Origin: an uncultured Acidobacteriota bacterium
GTDB taxonomy: Bacteria; Acidobacteriota; Terriglobia; Terriglobales; Acidobacteriaceae
DNA length: 64,000 nucleotides
Direction of reading: 5' to 3'
Assembly: GCA_963774515.1 (NCBI GenBank)
Contig: CAVZFK010000026.1
Location: forward strand, 119,461 to 183,460
Shown one piece after another: positions 30,301 through 39,965 of the stretch. How positions within the stretch are numbered: position 1 is the stretch's first letter; the number at the start of each line of letters is the position of its first letter. Below the pieces are notes generated by a model that was not told the DNA's origin, searched no databases, and was given only the letters and a program-made list of their open reading frames with translations. The translations under genes were made by a program, and so were the position numbers.

Positions 30301-30993
30301 TTATGCGCCGGAGGGCGCCAGATGATATTCCGTGCAAAGCAGGCGAGTCGGAGCTTCGTCCTCAATCACCGCAGGAAAGCGCGGAAGCTTGTCGAGAAAG
30401 AAATTGTCCGTGTCGTCATTGTTCAGCGAGGAGACCTCACCGATGAGCGCATCGCCGTCGACCGCGTAGAACGTGTGATACAGAAATGGCGGCAGCGTGA
30501 CCGACTGGCCCGGACCCAGCGTAACTGCTGCGCCCGCGTCAACGCGACGTCGAACTCCGTCACAGGAAACGAAGACTGGCGTGTCAGCGAGGCGGCCGTC
30601 TTCCGTCGAATTGTGAAGTTGAACCACCAGCGAACCCGAATCTTTACCGCCTCGGTTAATGATGTCTTCCATCTTGCTGGCGTGATAGTGAAAGGGCGTG
30701 ATCTGTCCGTCTCGAACGTAGATGATTTTTTCGGCGTACACCTTGGAAGGCTTACCGTCCGGCGACAAGCCATTGCGCAGCGTAAAAACTGTGAGGCCGG
30801 TTTGGCTAAAATTTCCCGACGCAAAATCTGTCACGTCCCACCCCAATCGCGCGTGACGAATTTCATCCGCCTCCGGGCCTTGCTTGTCCCATTCTTGAGG
30901 AGTCCATTGCGCAAACGGCGGCAGCACAAAATGATTCTTCGCAAAAAATGCGTCTGCTTCTGCAATGCAACGATTCAATTCCGACCGTTTCAT
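30301..30993 (-). CDS. D-lyxose/D-mannose ketol-isomerase (cupin)
   Basis: MKRSELNRCIAEADAFFAKNHFVLPPFAQWTPQEW...LGWDVTDF...TPFHYHASKMEDIINRGG matches the D-lyxose isomerase family pattern. Confidence 0.8.
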   Translation of the reverse strand: MKRSELNRCIAEADAFFAKNHFVLPPFAQWTPQEWDKQGPEADEIRHARLGWDVTDFASGNFSQTGLTVFTLRNGLSPDGKPSKVYAEKIIYVRDGQITPFHYHASKMEDIINRGGKDSGSLVVQLHNSTEDGRLADTPVFVSCDGVRRRVDAGAAVTLGPGQSVTLPPFLYHTFYAVDGDALIGEVSSLNNDDTDNFFLDKLPRFPAVIEDEAPTRLLCTEYHLAPSGA

Positions 30994-31271
30994 GTCAATT
31001 CCCTCACTGGGACGTTATCAGATCGTGAACTGTCGCTCAACCACATTGGAGTTGCAATGCGTGACATCGAAATTCTTCGGCGCGGCTTCATTTGCATTCG
31101 CGTTTCTGACGGAATTGTTTTTGGTTTTCACAATCGGAAGGATGCGGATTGCCTCCGCATTTCAACACGGAATCAACTGGAAGTTGCAGTTACAACACTC
31201 CGGAAAGCTGCATAGCAGACACCGTGTCGTGCTCGCATGTACGCTGTAGGCGGAGAAACAGGAGATGGACG

Positions 31272-32097
31272 ATGGCCAAGGGTGTTATCAGCGACCAGGA
31301 TGTTCGTATGTACCAGGAAGATGGTTTTGTCATTGTCAGAAATTTCCTCGACAAAGAGGAAATTGAATTGCTGGGCAGGGCGGCGCGGGAAGACCGCGTG
31401 CTCGATCAACATTCCTTCGGTCGCGCCGACGGAGAAGGCGGCACCGTGCGACTATCGGTCTGGAATCATCCAACCGACACAATCTACGGCGCGGTGGCAC
31501 GTTCGGAATCGGTCGTCAATTCCGCGGAAAAGCTGCTGGGCGGCGAGGTGTACCACTACCACTCCAAAATGATCATGAAGGATGCGAAGGTCGGGTGGCG
31601 CGTGGACCTGGCATCAGGACTACGGCTACTGGTATCAGAACGGCATATTGTTTCCGCTGCTGACCAGCGTTTTCATCGCGATTGATCGCGCGACAAAAGA
31701 GAATGGCTGCATGCAGGTGATCCGCAAATCGCACGAGCTGGGACGCATCAATCACGTGACGACCGGCGATCAGGCCGGTGCGGAAATGGAGCAGGTGAAT
31801 GAGGCGTCTGAAGAGACTTGAGCTGGTCTATGTGGAGATGGAACCCGGCGATGCATTATTTTTCCACTGCAACCTGCTGCATCGATCCGACCAGAACCGT
31901 CCGACAATCCTCGCTGGTCCATGATCTGCTGCTACAACGCGGCACGCAACGATCCATTTAAGGAGTCGCAGCATCCACGCTATACGCCGCTGATCAAGGT
32001 TCCGGATTCGGAAATTCTCAACGCTGGACAGAAAGCGATTTGCCGATTCCAGCGGAGACGCTGCGTGGCTGGATCCATCGAAGGGCATCACCGGTGA
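31272..32097 (+). pseudogene. Phytanoyl-CoA dioxygenase (PhyH) family Fe(II)/2-oxoglutarate oxygenase, broken by at least 3 frameshifts
   Basis: Homologous segments lie in three frames: ...MIMKDAKVG | [16 protein letters not shown]...[13 protein letters not shown] | [28 protein letters not shown] | [20 protein letters not shown]. The junctions are at about 31593-31595 (GGG run), about 31804-31810 and about 31889. Confidence 0.7.
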
Positions 32098-32220
32098 CAA
32101 GCTGCATAAGAGTGCTTCCTGAAGAACGGCACATTTTCGAACCCGGCCAGACCGTATCATTCGCAGGATTAGTTTGCGGCCATGATACTGCTTGGCTTCG
32201 GCTATGCGTCCTGGCGACAA

Positions 32221-33291
32221 TCAACTGCAGCTCGAATGCTTCCGAATCAGCTCGGCGACTCGATGCATCGTGTCCACCTGGTCTTGAGGTAGTCGCCCAG
32301 TATTATCGGGCGCAAGGTTTAAAAGCAGATTCGCGTTGCCGCGCATGCAGTCCCGATATGCCCGGGCGAGTACCTCGGCGCTCTGCGGCTTGTACCAGGG
32401 ATGCCAGAACCAGGTATGCATCGTCGGCATCGGCGGATAAATGGGACCGGTTGGAAACCAGGTTTCAAACGGCATGTAGTAGTGCTTTCCCTCATAGACT
32501 ACGTGCGGATCGTGACCTTCGAGTGGCGGCAGCGTGTCTTCCCCGTTAATTACGTCCGTGGGCCAGCTCGCAGATTCGCACATCCGCCCTTGATTCACGC
32601 GGCTCTGCTTAAAACCCTGGTTATCCACGATGATGCAGTCCGGGCTATATGTCTTCACCAGGCGGTACAATTCCCAGCGCTGCACGGTCGTAAGTTTCCA
32701 GGTGATGTCGAAGAGCTGATAGAAAGTATTCGGATAGGTCGTGTGCAACTCCGTAATGTGGTGCTTGATCAGGTCGAAGTATTTGTCTGAAATCAGAGAA
32801 TTCCAGTCGAACTTACCCTCATTATGAGGATCGAGAATGCAGTAATAGAATCCCGCCTGCAGCCCATACTCTTTACAAGCCGCAACAAACGCCGCGACCA
32901 CATCGGTTTTGTTTCCGCTGGCGGCGACGTCGTAGTCATATCCTTTTGAATCCCACAGACAAAAGCCCGACATGTACTTCGCCGTCAGCACAGCGTATTT
33001 AGCGCCCAAATCGTGCGCCACTCGAATCCACTGACGCACATCCAGATGGGTTGGATTGTAGGTTGTCGCCGGAACTTTGCCGACGTCGTAGTCGTCGCCG
33101 GTAAATGTAGGAATGTTGAAGTGGAACGAACATCCGAAACGAAGCCTCTGATATTTCGCCAACGCGGGTGTCTCTTCTGTCGCCGGTCCAACCGGGGAAG
33201 CCGCGGCAAACAGCGGATCGGTCAATACGTTCGCAACAGCGCCGACTGCTGGGGCAGCAGCCATGTACTTCAATAAGCGGCGTCGATTCAT
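32221..33291 (-). CDS. GH29 alpha-L-fucosidase with a Tat-like signal (intact)
   Basis: The N-terminus is MNRRRLLKYMAAAPAVGAV. The GH29 core block is ...WIRVAHDLGAKYAVLTAKYMSGFCLWDSKGYDYDV...FYYCILD. Confidence 0.85.
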   Translation of the reverse strand: MNRRRLLKYMAAAPAVGAVANVLTDPLFAAASPVGPATEETPALAKYQRLRFGCSFHFNIPTFTGDDYDVGKVPATTYNPTHLDVRQWIRVAHDLGAKYAVLTAKYMSGFCLWDSKGYDYDVAASGNKTDVVAAFVAACKEYGLQAGFYYCILDPHNEGKFDWNSLISDKYFDLIKHHITELHTTYPNTFYQLFDITWKLTTVQRWELYRLVKTYSPDCIIVDNQGFKQSRVNQGRMCESASWPTDVINGEDTLPPLEGHDPHVVYEGKHYYMPFETWFPTGPIYPPMPTMHTWFWHPWYKPQSAEVLARAYRDCMRGNANLLLNLAPDNTGRLPQDQVDTMHRVAELIRKHSSCS

Positions 33292-33322
33292 CTTGTCTCT
33301 TTCACACGGCGAATGCCTGCAC

Positions 33323-34719
33323 ATTACTTCTCATCCTGCAGCGGCGCCAGCGGGATTTTTTTGCCGACAACATACTCGAAGGCTCCCAGTTTGGCGGATA
33401 CGCGTCCGGAATATAACTGAAACCAGGTTTCGCCGGGCGACAGTAAATTTTGACCTTGTAATAATCCATCACCGGCAGATCGATCGTGACATTTACATCC
33501 CGATTCGACAGGTTCAATATCACCAGAATTTCCGTGTCGCCCTTCTTGCGCATGAAACTCAAAACGCTCTTCGGCTCGGTGTTATTAATCCATATCACGC
33601 TGCCCGAGGTGAGCGCCGGCTCCGACGCGCGCATTGCGAAGAGCTTTTTATATTGCTCCAGAGTTTCTTCGATCGTCTTTTCTTCCGACGGGCTTCCAGG
33701 GTCGGACCAGCGAATGGGCGAGAGCTTTCTCCACGACGTCGCTGAGGGATCGGCGACTTCCTGCCCGTTATACAGAAATGGAATTCCATCCAGCGTGAAA
33801 TCCAGCACCGAAGCTGCCATGGCACCTTTTTCTCCGAACTGAACCAGCGACCTCGGCCAGTCGTGATTGTCGGTGTAGTGCAACTCTCTGGCGCCGCGCG
33901 GCATGGTCGAATTGGTCTCTTCCCAGTTTTCGCGCAATCTTGATTGCCGGCGCCCCGTCGCGCACAACGGAAACAAGCGTCAGATAGTACTGGAAGTTGT
34001 AGTTGATATCGAACGCCTGCAGCTGATCGTCTGGACGATCCGATTCGGACAGAAGAATCACGTCTGGATTGACTTTGTCCAAAGCCTTTCTTGCTTCCTC
34101 CCAGAACGATACAGGCACTCCTCCGCCTACATCGCAACGAAATCCATCCACGTGATAATCCCGCACCCAATGCACCAGGCTGTCGACTAGATATTTGCGC
34201 ACCTGCGGATTCTTATAGTCCGGCAGCGGCTGCGGCCAGAACCCCCGTGCAATCTTGCCATCCTGGGTCTTCACAAAGAAGGCCGGATTGTCCTTCATCA
34301 TGATGTTGTCGGGCGCCGTGTGGTAGTAGACGATGTCGAGCATCACTTTCAGGTGCAGCTTATGCGCGGCCGCAACAAAGTCGTGAAGATCCTGCGGCCG
34401 TTCCTGCGGAGGGATCGATCGCGTTGTAGTCGGCGACACTGTAAGGCGAGGCATCCGGGCTGGCAGAATATTTCGCGATCGGCCCCAGGTAGATAATCGT
34501 CGCTCCCAGATCAGCCACGTGCTTCAGCCCTGGAATGGCGCCCCGCAGATTTCCTTCTTTGCTAAACGCGGTCAGCCACAGTTCATAAATGCTGGAACTA
34601 TTGAGCCATTCCGGTACGGGCCGCGCTTCTCTGCGATCCCAAAGGATAGATTCTGTGCAGAGCCGGACCCAAGCGTAAGAAAGAAACATCGCAAAAGCGA
34701 TTTCCGCTCGGGCGGCCAC
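33323..34719 (-). pseudogene. GH13 alpha-amylase-family enzyme broken by 3 frameshifts
   Basis: Segments lie in different frames: ...LGATIIYLGPI...SPYSVADYNAIDPSAGT | PQDLHDFVAAAHKLHLKVMLDIVYYHT...GFRCDVGGG...ILLSESD | RENWEETNSTMPRGARELHYTDNHD...GIPFLYNGQE | LLSPGETWFQLYSGRVSAKLGAFEYVVGKKIPLAPLQDEK*. The junctions are at about 34395, about 33944 and about 33446-33452 (A/T runs). Confidence 0.8.
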
Positions 34720-34748
34720 GCACCTCTATCGCTGCCGCCCGGCAATTT

Positions 34749-36317
34749 TCATTTCGCTCCTTGGGAGACGACTGCGACGGCAAATGGAGCCAACGTAATT
34801 TCCGGGCCTGTTCATGTTTTCCTTCCGTGGCGGCTGCTCACCGGAAGTTTCATCGACGATATCCGCCCGCAATCTCGCCCTTGTGTAGGCTTCCCGCCAG
34901 GTCCACCGTAACCGACTTGATCGCTGGTATTCACCAGCAGAACTTTGCGGCCTGTCGTAGGTGATGGATGCCTGCGCGACAACATCCGGCGAAGATGACT
35001 GCGTCGGAACCAGCTTATCTCCCGGCCCGAAGTTATCATGAATCAGGCTCAAGGACCCAGTAATGTGCGTTGGGATGTGCCGTATCCCAGTTGACCATGG
35101 AGATCGAGAGGCATTGCGTCGGATAGCCGAGCATTTGGGACATGCTGAAGATGGGAATATCTGAGTTTTCCGCGGTGATGAAATTGGCTGCCCAGTTCCC
35201 CCCCACGGCAACCCAATAGAGTGGTTTGTACGCGCTGTACGGCTCGACAGCCTTGCAGCATCTTCCTTCGGCTTGATTAAATTGAAGGTTCCCAATTCAT
35301 CAATGATGAGCTTCGTGTTCGGAGAAAGCTCATCGCGTATTTTCATCACCTGGTGGATCCGGTCGACGAAAGCCTGCGGCGGACGCGCCATCCGTCGGTT
35401 TTGTTGGGGGAGGACCGGTGAAGTAGCGGGTCTGCCAGGTCGAAGGATCGTTCGGCGCGTCCACATAATTATGGAAGGTGAAATATTTGACCGGCAGCGC
35501 ATTCGGATCGTGATTCTTTGGGTTCAGGAAATATTGCGCCCACGGCACTTCTGCACCTGAAATCTCCGGTCCGAAGAACTGCACGTTCGGATCCACCTTG
35601 TGAATCGCGGTAGCCACGGCGTCATATATCTTGGTGTATTGCTGAACGGTGATCTTGTTTTCAAAGTCCGGCTCGTTCAGAATTCCCCAATAAGTGATTT
35701 TGTAGTGATGCCCCGATTTGTGATATTTCCCGATCTCATCGGTAAATCCGCCCTTGGTGTACCACTCGTAAATGCGAACCTGGTAATCGGCGAATTGCTT
35801 TCCGCTCGGATCTTTCAGCAATGCCCCCGTCGTTCCATCTGTATAGGGATGAAACGAGCTCCCGGATCACTCGGAATTTTAATGTCGGGGACATTGAACA
35901 TCCATCGCGGAATGGTACCGACATTGACGTGGCGCTGGCCGGAGGTATTCGCAAAAAAATCCGCTGAACAATGGATCAATGTATTCGAAATTCCAGAATG
36001 TTTCGGTGGCCGTCGGCTCTTTCAGTTCTGCAACCGCCTGCCGGGGAACTGTGAACCATAATTGCAACCGAGTGTCGTTGGTATGAAGGTCCCGCAATGC
36101 TTTCAGCAACGGCTTGTTCAGCGGATTGCTTCTCAGCGTATAGGCGCTGGCCAGATGCTGCGTGGTCGGAACTGTCACAGAGATGCACGTTTTGCCCCAC
36201 TCCACTCGGCATTTACCTTCACTATTTTCGCGTCTGCCGATGGGGCTGCGCGCAAAGGCTTGTGTACCGGATGAAACCTGCGAAAATCGCTACGATGATA
36301 CCTGAATTCAATTTCAT
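34749..36317 (-). pseudogene. Secreted clan GH-A (TIM-barrel) glycoside hydrolase, heavily frameshifted (at least 6 breaks)
   Basis: ATG 36317 has a strong SD (AGGAG) and a signal peptide (MKLNSGIIVAIFAGFIRYTSLCAQP). Fragments include GTIPRWMFNVP, YWGILNEPDFENK (acid/base-type NEP motif), FTFHNYVD and a C-terminal ...EITLAPFAVAVVSQGAK*, spread over all three frames. Confidence 0.65.
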
Positions 36318-36403
36318 GTTTCTCCTGACTATTCGAGCCAACCCGCCTGGTTCCAGATATCTGTCGATGCCGGCGCTGCGCGCTGAACACGCGCTCAATC
36401 TGC

Positions 36404-36839
36404 ATTCGGTGGAAACACAACGCCTTTTTTAATCAGAATGCAGCCATAGGTGCGCGCCTCACCCGTGATGACCACCGCGAATGCGCTTACTTGCGCGCTC
36501 ATAAAACACCTCGCGTGTGATTCCGGCTAGGGCTTGATGTTTGCCTTCAGCCTCATCGATAACTTTTTGGCAAAGCTCCTGTACTTCCGGGATTTCATCC
36601 GGAGCGTGCACCTGCATCATGCGGAGCGCCGGCTCTTTCACAAAGGTATCCAGCGGAAATAAACGCAGGCAGGCTTCCAACACCGAAGGCAGATCTGCCC
36701 CGTCCAGACGCACCAAACGGCGCGCCATGGAAGCTGCGGGAAAATTGGAATCTACCAGGGCCAGTTCATCGCCATGCCCCATCGAAGCCAGAGTATGCAA
36801 AAGCTCCGGGGTGTGCAGAACACTTAAGGTCTTCAACAT
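36404..36839 (-). pseudogene. fucU: L-fucose mutarotase (RbsD/FucU family) with a frameshift near the 3' end
   Basis: The sequence MLKTLSVLHTPELLHTLASMGHGDELALVDSNFPA... continues in another frame, after about 36478-36488, as FAVVITGEARTYGCILIKKGVV... Confidence 0.7.
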
Positions 36840-37219
36840 ACTCTCACTTCCTTAGGCATCATGAATTGAACAGCGAAGGCACAATCGCATTTCGGCAAAA
36901 CTGAATCCAGTTCTCCTAAAGGGACATATCCATCTTTACCAGTCTCAAGACCGGAGCTTGCGACTTCCTGAAGTATTGCCGCTCCGTTACGTGGAAACAA
37001 CATTCGGAACAGTCGCTTCAATCCGTGTCGGAATTGTCCAATATGAATGCATCTCGGGTTTCGGCGCGGAAGAGTGGAAATGCCGATCGGCACATTTTCC
37101 AATCTTCGCGTGCAACGTATTCAGGCAAGACTTTGGCAATCACGTCGGTCAACCACCGCAATTCTGATTTTTTCCTGCGAGCCCTTGCGGAGCAGGCCAC
37201 GCCGAGAATATTCGTCGAT

Positions 37220-38437
37220 TCATGTGAATGCCATCAAGTCCGGACCCGTCTTGAATCGTTTCAAATATCGTACTGAATAATACTGCGGACCGGAGTTTGC
37301 GTCAACATTTTTGTCGTGATTTTCGCGGACCATTTGCGGCGCGGAAAATTCGCCTGCCGGCTTAAATTCCAGACGAAGATTCGTGCCGGCTTCAATTTCC
37401 TTGCCGAGTTTTTCACCGTCGGCATCGACCTTCGGGGGAGGAGCGACCGAGCCTCTCACCTTCAATTCGGTCTTAAGAATAATCTTTCGAACCGGCCCGG
37501 AACTGTTTGCCACTCGATCCAGCGCCAGCTGAGCCGCAGCTGCCCCCATCTGGTAGGAAGACTGATATACGGAGGACAACTGCGGCGTTGTCATCTCTGT
37601 CAGGTCGAGTCCGTCAAAACCGATCAGCGAAATATCCTCGGGGCAATGCAGATTCTCATCGCGGATTGCCAATAGGGCGCCTAGGGCAATCATGTCATTG
37701 CAGGCCAGGATCGCTGTCGGGCGAGGCGACATCTGCAACAGCACCCTGGTCTTCGCATAGCCGCCAGCCCTATCGAATGTCGTCTCCTGTAAGTAGTCGC
37801 GAACAACCTCCAGGCCAGCCTCGCGTACAGCGCGCTTGAATCCTTTTAGCCGGTCTTGGGAATTCGTCAGGTCAAGCGGACCTGTAATTGCCGCCAAACG
37901 GCGGTGACCCAGTTCAATCAGATAGCAAGTCGCGTGATAGGCGCCGCCGGCATTGTTGATGGTCACGCTGTCGCCGTCCCAGTTGCGTGGCAAACGGTCG
38001 ATGCAGACGACTGCCGATCCAGTTTTGCGAAAGGCTTCGGTCTGTACAGTCAGATCGCTGAAGCTGGAAGGAATCACGATGAGCCCGGAAGGAAGATACG
38101 TTTGCAGCGCGTTCAGATGCTCCACTTCCTTCTCATGGACGTTATCGGTATTGCAGAGAACCAGTCGATATCCATTGGAGAAAGCCACATCTTCCACTCC
38201 GCGCACAACCCCGGGAAAAAACGGATTAAGGATATCCGGGATGACCATGCCGAGGATGTTCGTCTTGTCTCGGCGCAGCCCGCGGCCCAGCTGACTTGGC
38301 ATATAGCCGGTGGTCTTTACAGCTTCCAGCACCCGCTTGCGCAATGGTTCACGGACTTTGGCCGAATCATTTAAGACATGAGAGACCGTGCCCAGAGATA
38401 CTCCGGCAAGCGCTGCAATCTGCTTCATATTTGCCAC
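37220..38437 (-). CDS. LacI-family transcriptional regulator with an approximately 65-aa C-terminal extension
   Basis: The HTH is MKQIAALAGVSLGTVSHVLND and a periplasmic-binding-protein-like core follows. At 405 aa it is longer than the usual length of about 340 aa. Confidence 0.9.
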   Translation of the reverse strand: MANMKQIAALAGVSLGTVSHVLNDSAKVREPLRKRVLEAVKTTGYMPSQLGRGLRRDKTNILGMVIPDILNPFFPGVVRGVEDVAFSNGYRLVLCNTDNVHEKEVEHLNALQTYLPSGLIVIPSSFSDLTVQTEAFRKTGSAVVCIDRLPRNWDGDSVTINNAGGAYHATCYLIELGHRRLAAITGPLDLTNSQDRLKGFKRAVREAGLEVVRDYLQETTFDRAGGYAKTRVLLQMSPRPTAILACNDMIALGALLAIRDENLHCPEDISLIGFDGLDLTEMTTPQLSSVYQSSYQMGAAAAQLALDRVANSSGPVRKIILKTELKVRGSVAPPPKVDADGEKLGKEIEAGTNLRLEFKPAGEFSAPQMVRENHDKNVDANSGPQYYSVRYLKRFKTGPDLMAFT

Positions 38438-38700
38438 GGCTGTACCTCATCTCCAGACGACTTCGAGTGCGCCCGTCTGCAGTCCCACCCAAGCCTCTCC
38501 TGGACCGAAATTGGCGCATCGATGGACTTTTTGTCGCGCCTTTACAAAGTATTTCGGATCATTGGTTTGAGCAGGTAGATATTTCCATCAGCATATCAGT
38601 CTTCCGGTCTGAATTCCTGAATCTACAAAGTTCCTGGGCCGCCCCCGAGATGCCGATTCAGTCAACAATCATCGGAATTTGAGCGGTGCCTCGTCACTGC

Positions 38701-38729
38701 TTGACAAGTTTCGAAGGCGAACCTATGCT
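38701..38729 (+). promoter_or_regulatory. Sigma70-type promoter candidate (TTGACA-N17-TATGCT) for the GRP transporter gene
   Basis: The hexamers and the 17-nt spacer were read directly. It lies 171 nt upstream of ATG 38900. Confidence 0.45.
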
Positions 38730-38746
38730 CCGTTCTGATAGTAATT

Positions 38747-38758
38747 TGAAAGGTTTAA
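38747..38758. promoter_or_regulatory. Degenerate LacI-type operator TGAAAGGTTTAA, 18 nt downstream of the -10 hexamer
   Basis: It matches the perfect palindrome TGAAACGTTTCA (48846-48857) at 10 of 12 positions. Confidence 0.3.
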
Positions 38759-38899
38759 AAAACGCAGCCTTTTCTGCTCAAAAAACTTCATCATACAGCC
38801 GGTTTGAGAGTAGATCATGCGTCGTCGTGACCACACTCCCAGGCGATCCACAAAATTAAGAACGTCCGCTAAACGCTTGCGAAAGGTATAGAGCCAGCC

Positions 38900-39907
38900 A
38901 TGATGATCGTGCATTCCTACCCGCTTGCTGTTGCGCTGTGTATGTTGACCATGGTGTGCTGGGGCTCATGGGCCAACACACTAAAAATGGAACCACCCTC
39001 CTACGGGTTCTCGCTTTTCTACTGGGACCAGGCGATTGGGTATTTCCTTTTACCTCTGCTTATCGGACTTACCTTCGGTTCGATGGGTACGGACGGCAGA
39101 AGCTTGATTGCCGACCTGGCGCAAGGCAGCGCAAGCAGCTACGAATGGGCGCTGCTGGGAGGCGTGGTCTTCAACCTGGCCAACATCTTGTTCATGTCCG
39201 CGATCGACGTTGCCGGCATGGCTGTTGCTTATCCAATTGGAATCGGCATCGCTTTGGTCGAAGGCGTCCTGATCAATTACATTGCCCAGCCGCGTGGCAA
39301 TCCGGTTCTAATTTTTACTGGCGTCGGATTCATCATGACCGCAATCATTCTGGATGGCCTGGCCTATCGCAACCATCAATGCCGCACCAGCCAACCGGGC
39401 GAGGTGCGCAAAGGAGTTTCTCTCGCGCTTGCCGGCGGCATCCTGATGGGCCTTTTTTACTATCTTGTGCTGCGCTCGGTTTCGCCAGACTTCAACCACC
39501 TCGTCCCGGGAAAGTTCGGCCCGTACTCGGCTGTGTTGATCTATTCCGCAGGTTCGCTGGTATCAAACCTGATTTTCAATAGCTATTTAATGTCGCATCC
39601 GTTCAAGGGTGCAAAGGTCACCTATTCGGATTATTTCGGCCCAGGGACGATGAAATTCCACGCTATCGGCGCTCTTGGAGGAGTCATCAACGGTATCGGC
39701 GTGACCGCCAGCTTTGTAGCTTCGAAGGCGGCGAGCCCTGCAATCGCCTATGGCCTGGGCCAGGGCGGAACAATGATCGCTGCCATCTGGGGAGTCTTCG
39801 TCTGGAAGGAATGCAAAGGAGCGACCGCAGCCACCAAATGGATGATCGCGCTGATGTTTGTTTTCTTTCTATCCGGACTTATTTTGCTCGTGAGAGCCAT
39901 GCTCTAG
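38900..39907 (+). CDS. GRP-family (RhaT/GlcU-like) sugar transporter
   Basis: A 335-aa, 10-TM protein with N-terminal ...MVCWGSWANTLKM, typical of GRP sugar uptake proteins. It is divergent from the LacI regulator gene. Confidence 0.7.
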   Translation: MMIVHSYPLAVALCMLTMVCWGSWANTLKMEPPSYGFSLFYWDQAIGYFLLPLLIGLTFGSMGTDGRSLIADLAQGSASSYEWALLGGVVFNLANILFMSAIDVAGMAVAYPIGIGIALVEGVLINYIAQPRGNPVLIFTGVGFIMTAIILDGLAYRNHQCRTSQPGEVRKGVSLALAGGILMGLFYYLVLRSVSPDFNHLVPGKFGPYSAVLIYSAGSLVSNLIFNSYLMSHPFKGAKVTYSDYFGPGTMKFHAIGALGGVINGIGVTASFVASKAASPAIAYGLGQGGTMIAAIWGVFVWKECKGATAATKWMIALMFVFFLSGLILLVRAML

Positions 39908-39965
39908 AACGTGGAATATAACTGAGAAGCGTCGCATCCTTGACGTTTACGTGCCGCTATTTTTC

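Noticed and set aside
37081-37092. Perfect 12-bp palindrome TGCCGATCGGCA, flanked by GGAAA / TTTTCC-like arms, between the fucU and LacI genes.
   Set aside because: As a hairpin it has a very small loop and no clear U-tract. It has no similarity to the other operators and there is no second copy in the window. It could be chance, or a site for an unknown regulator.
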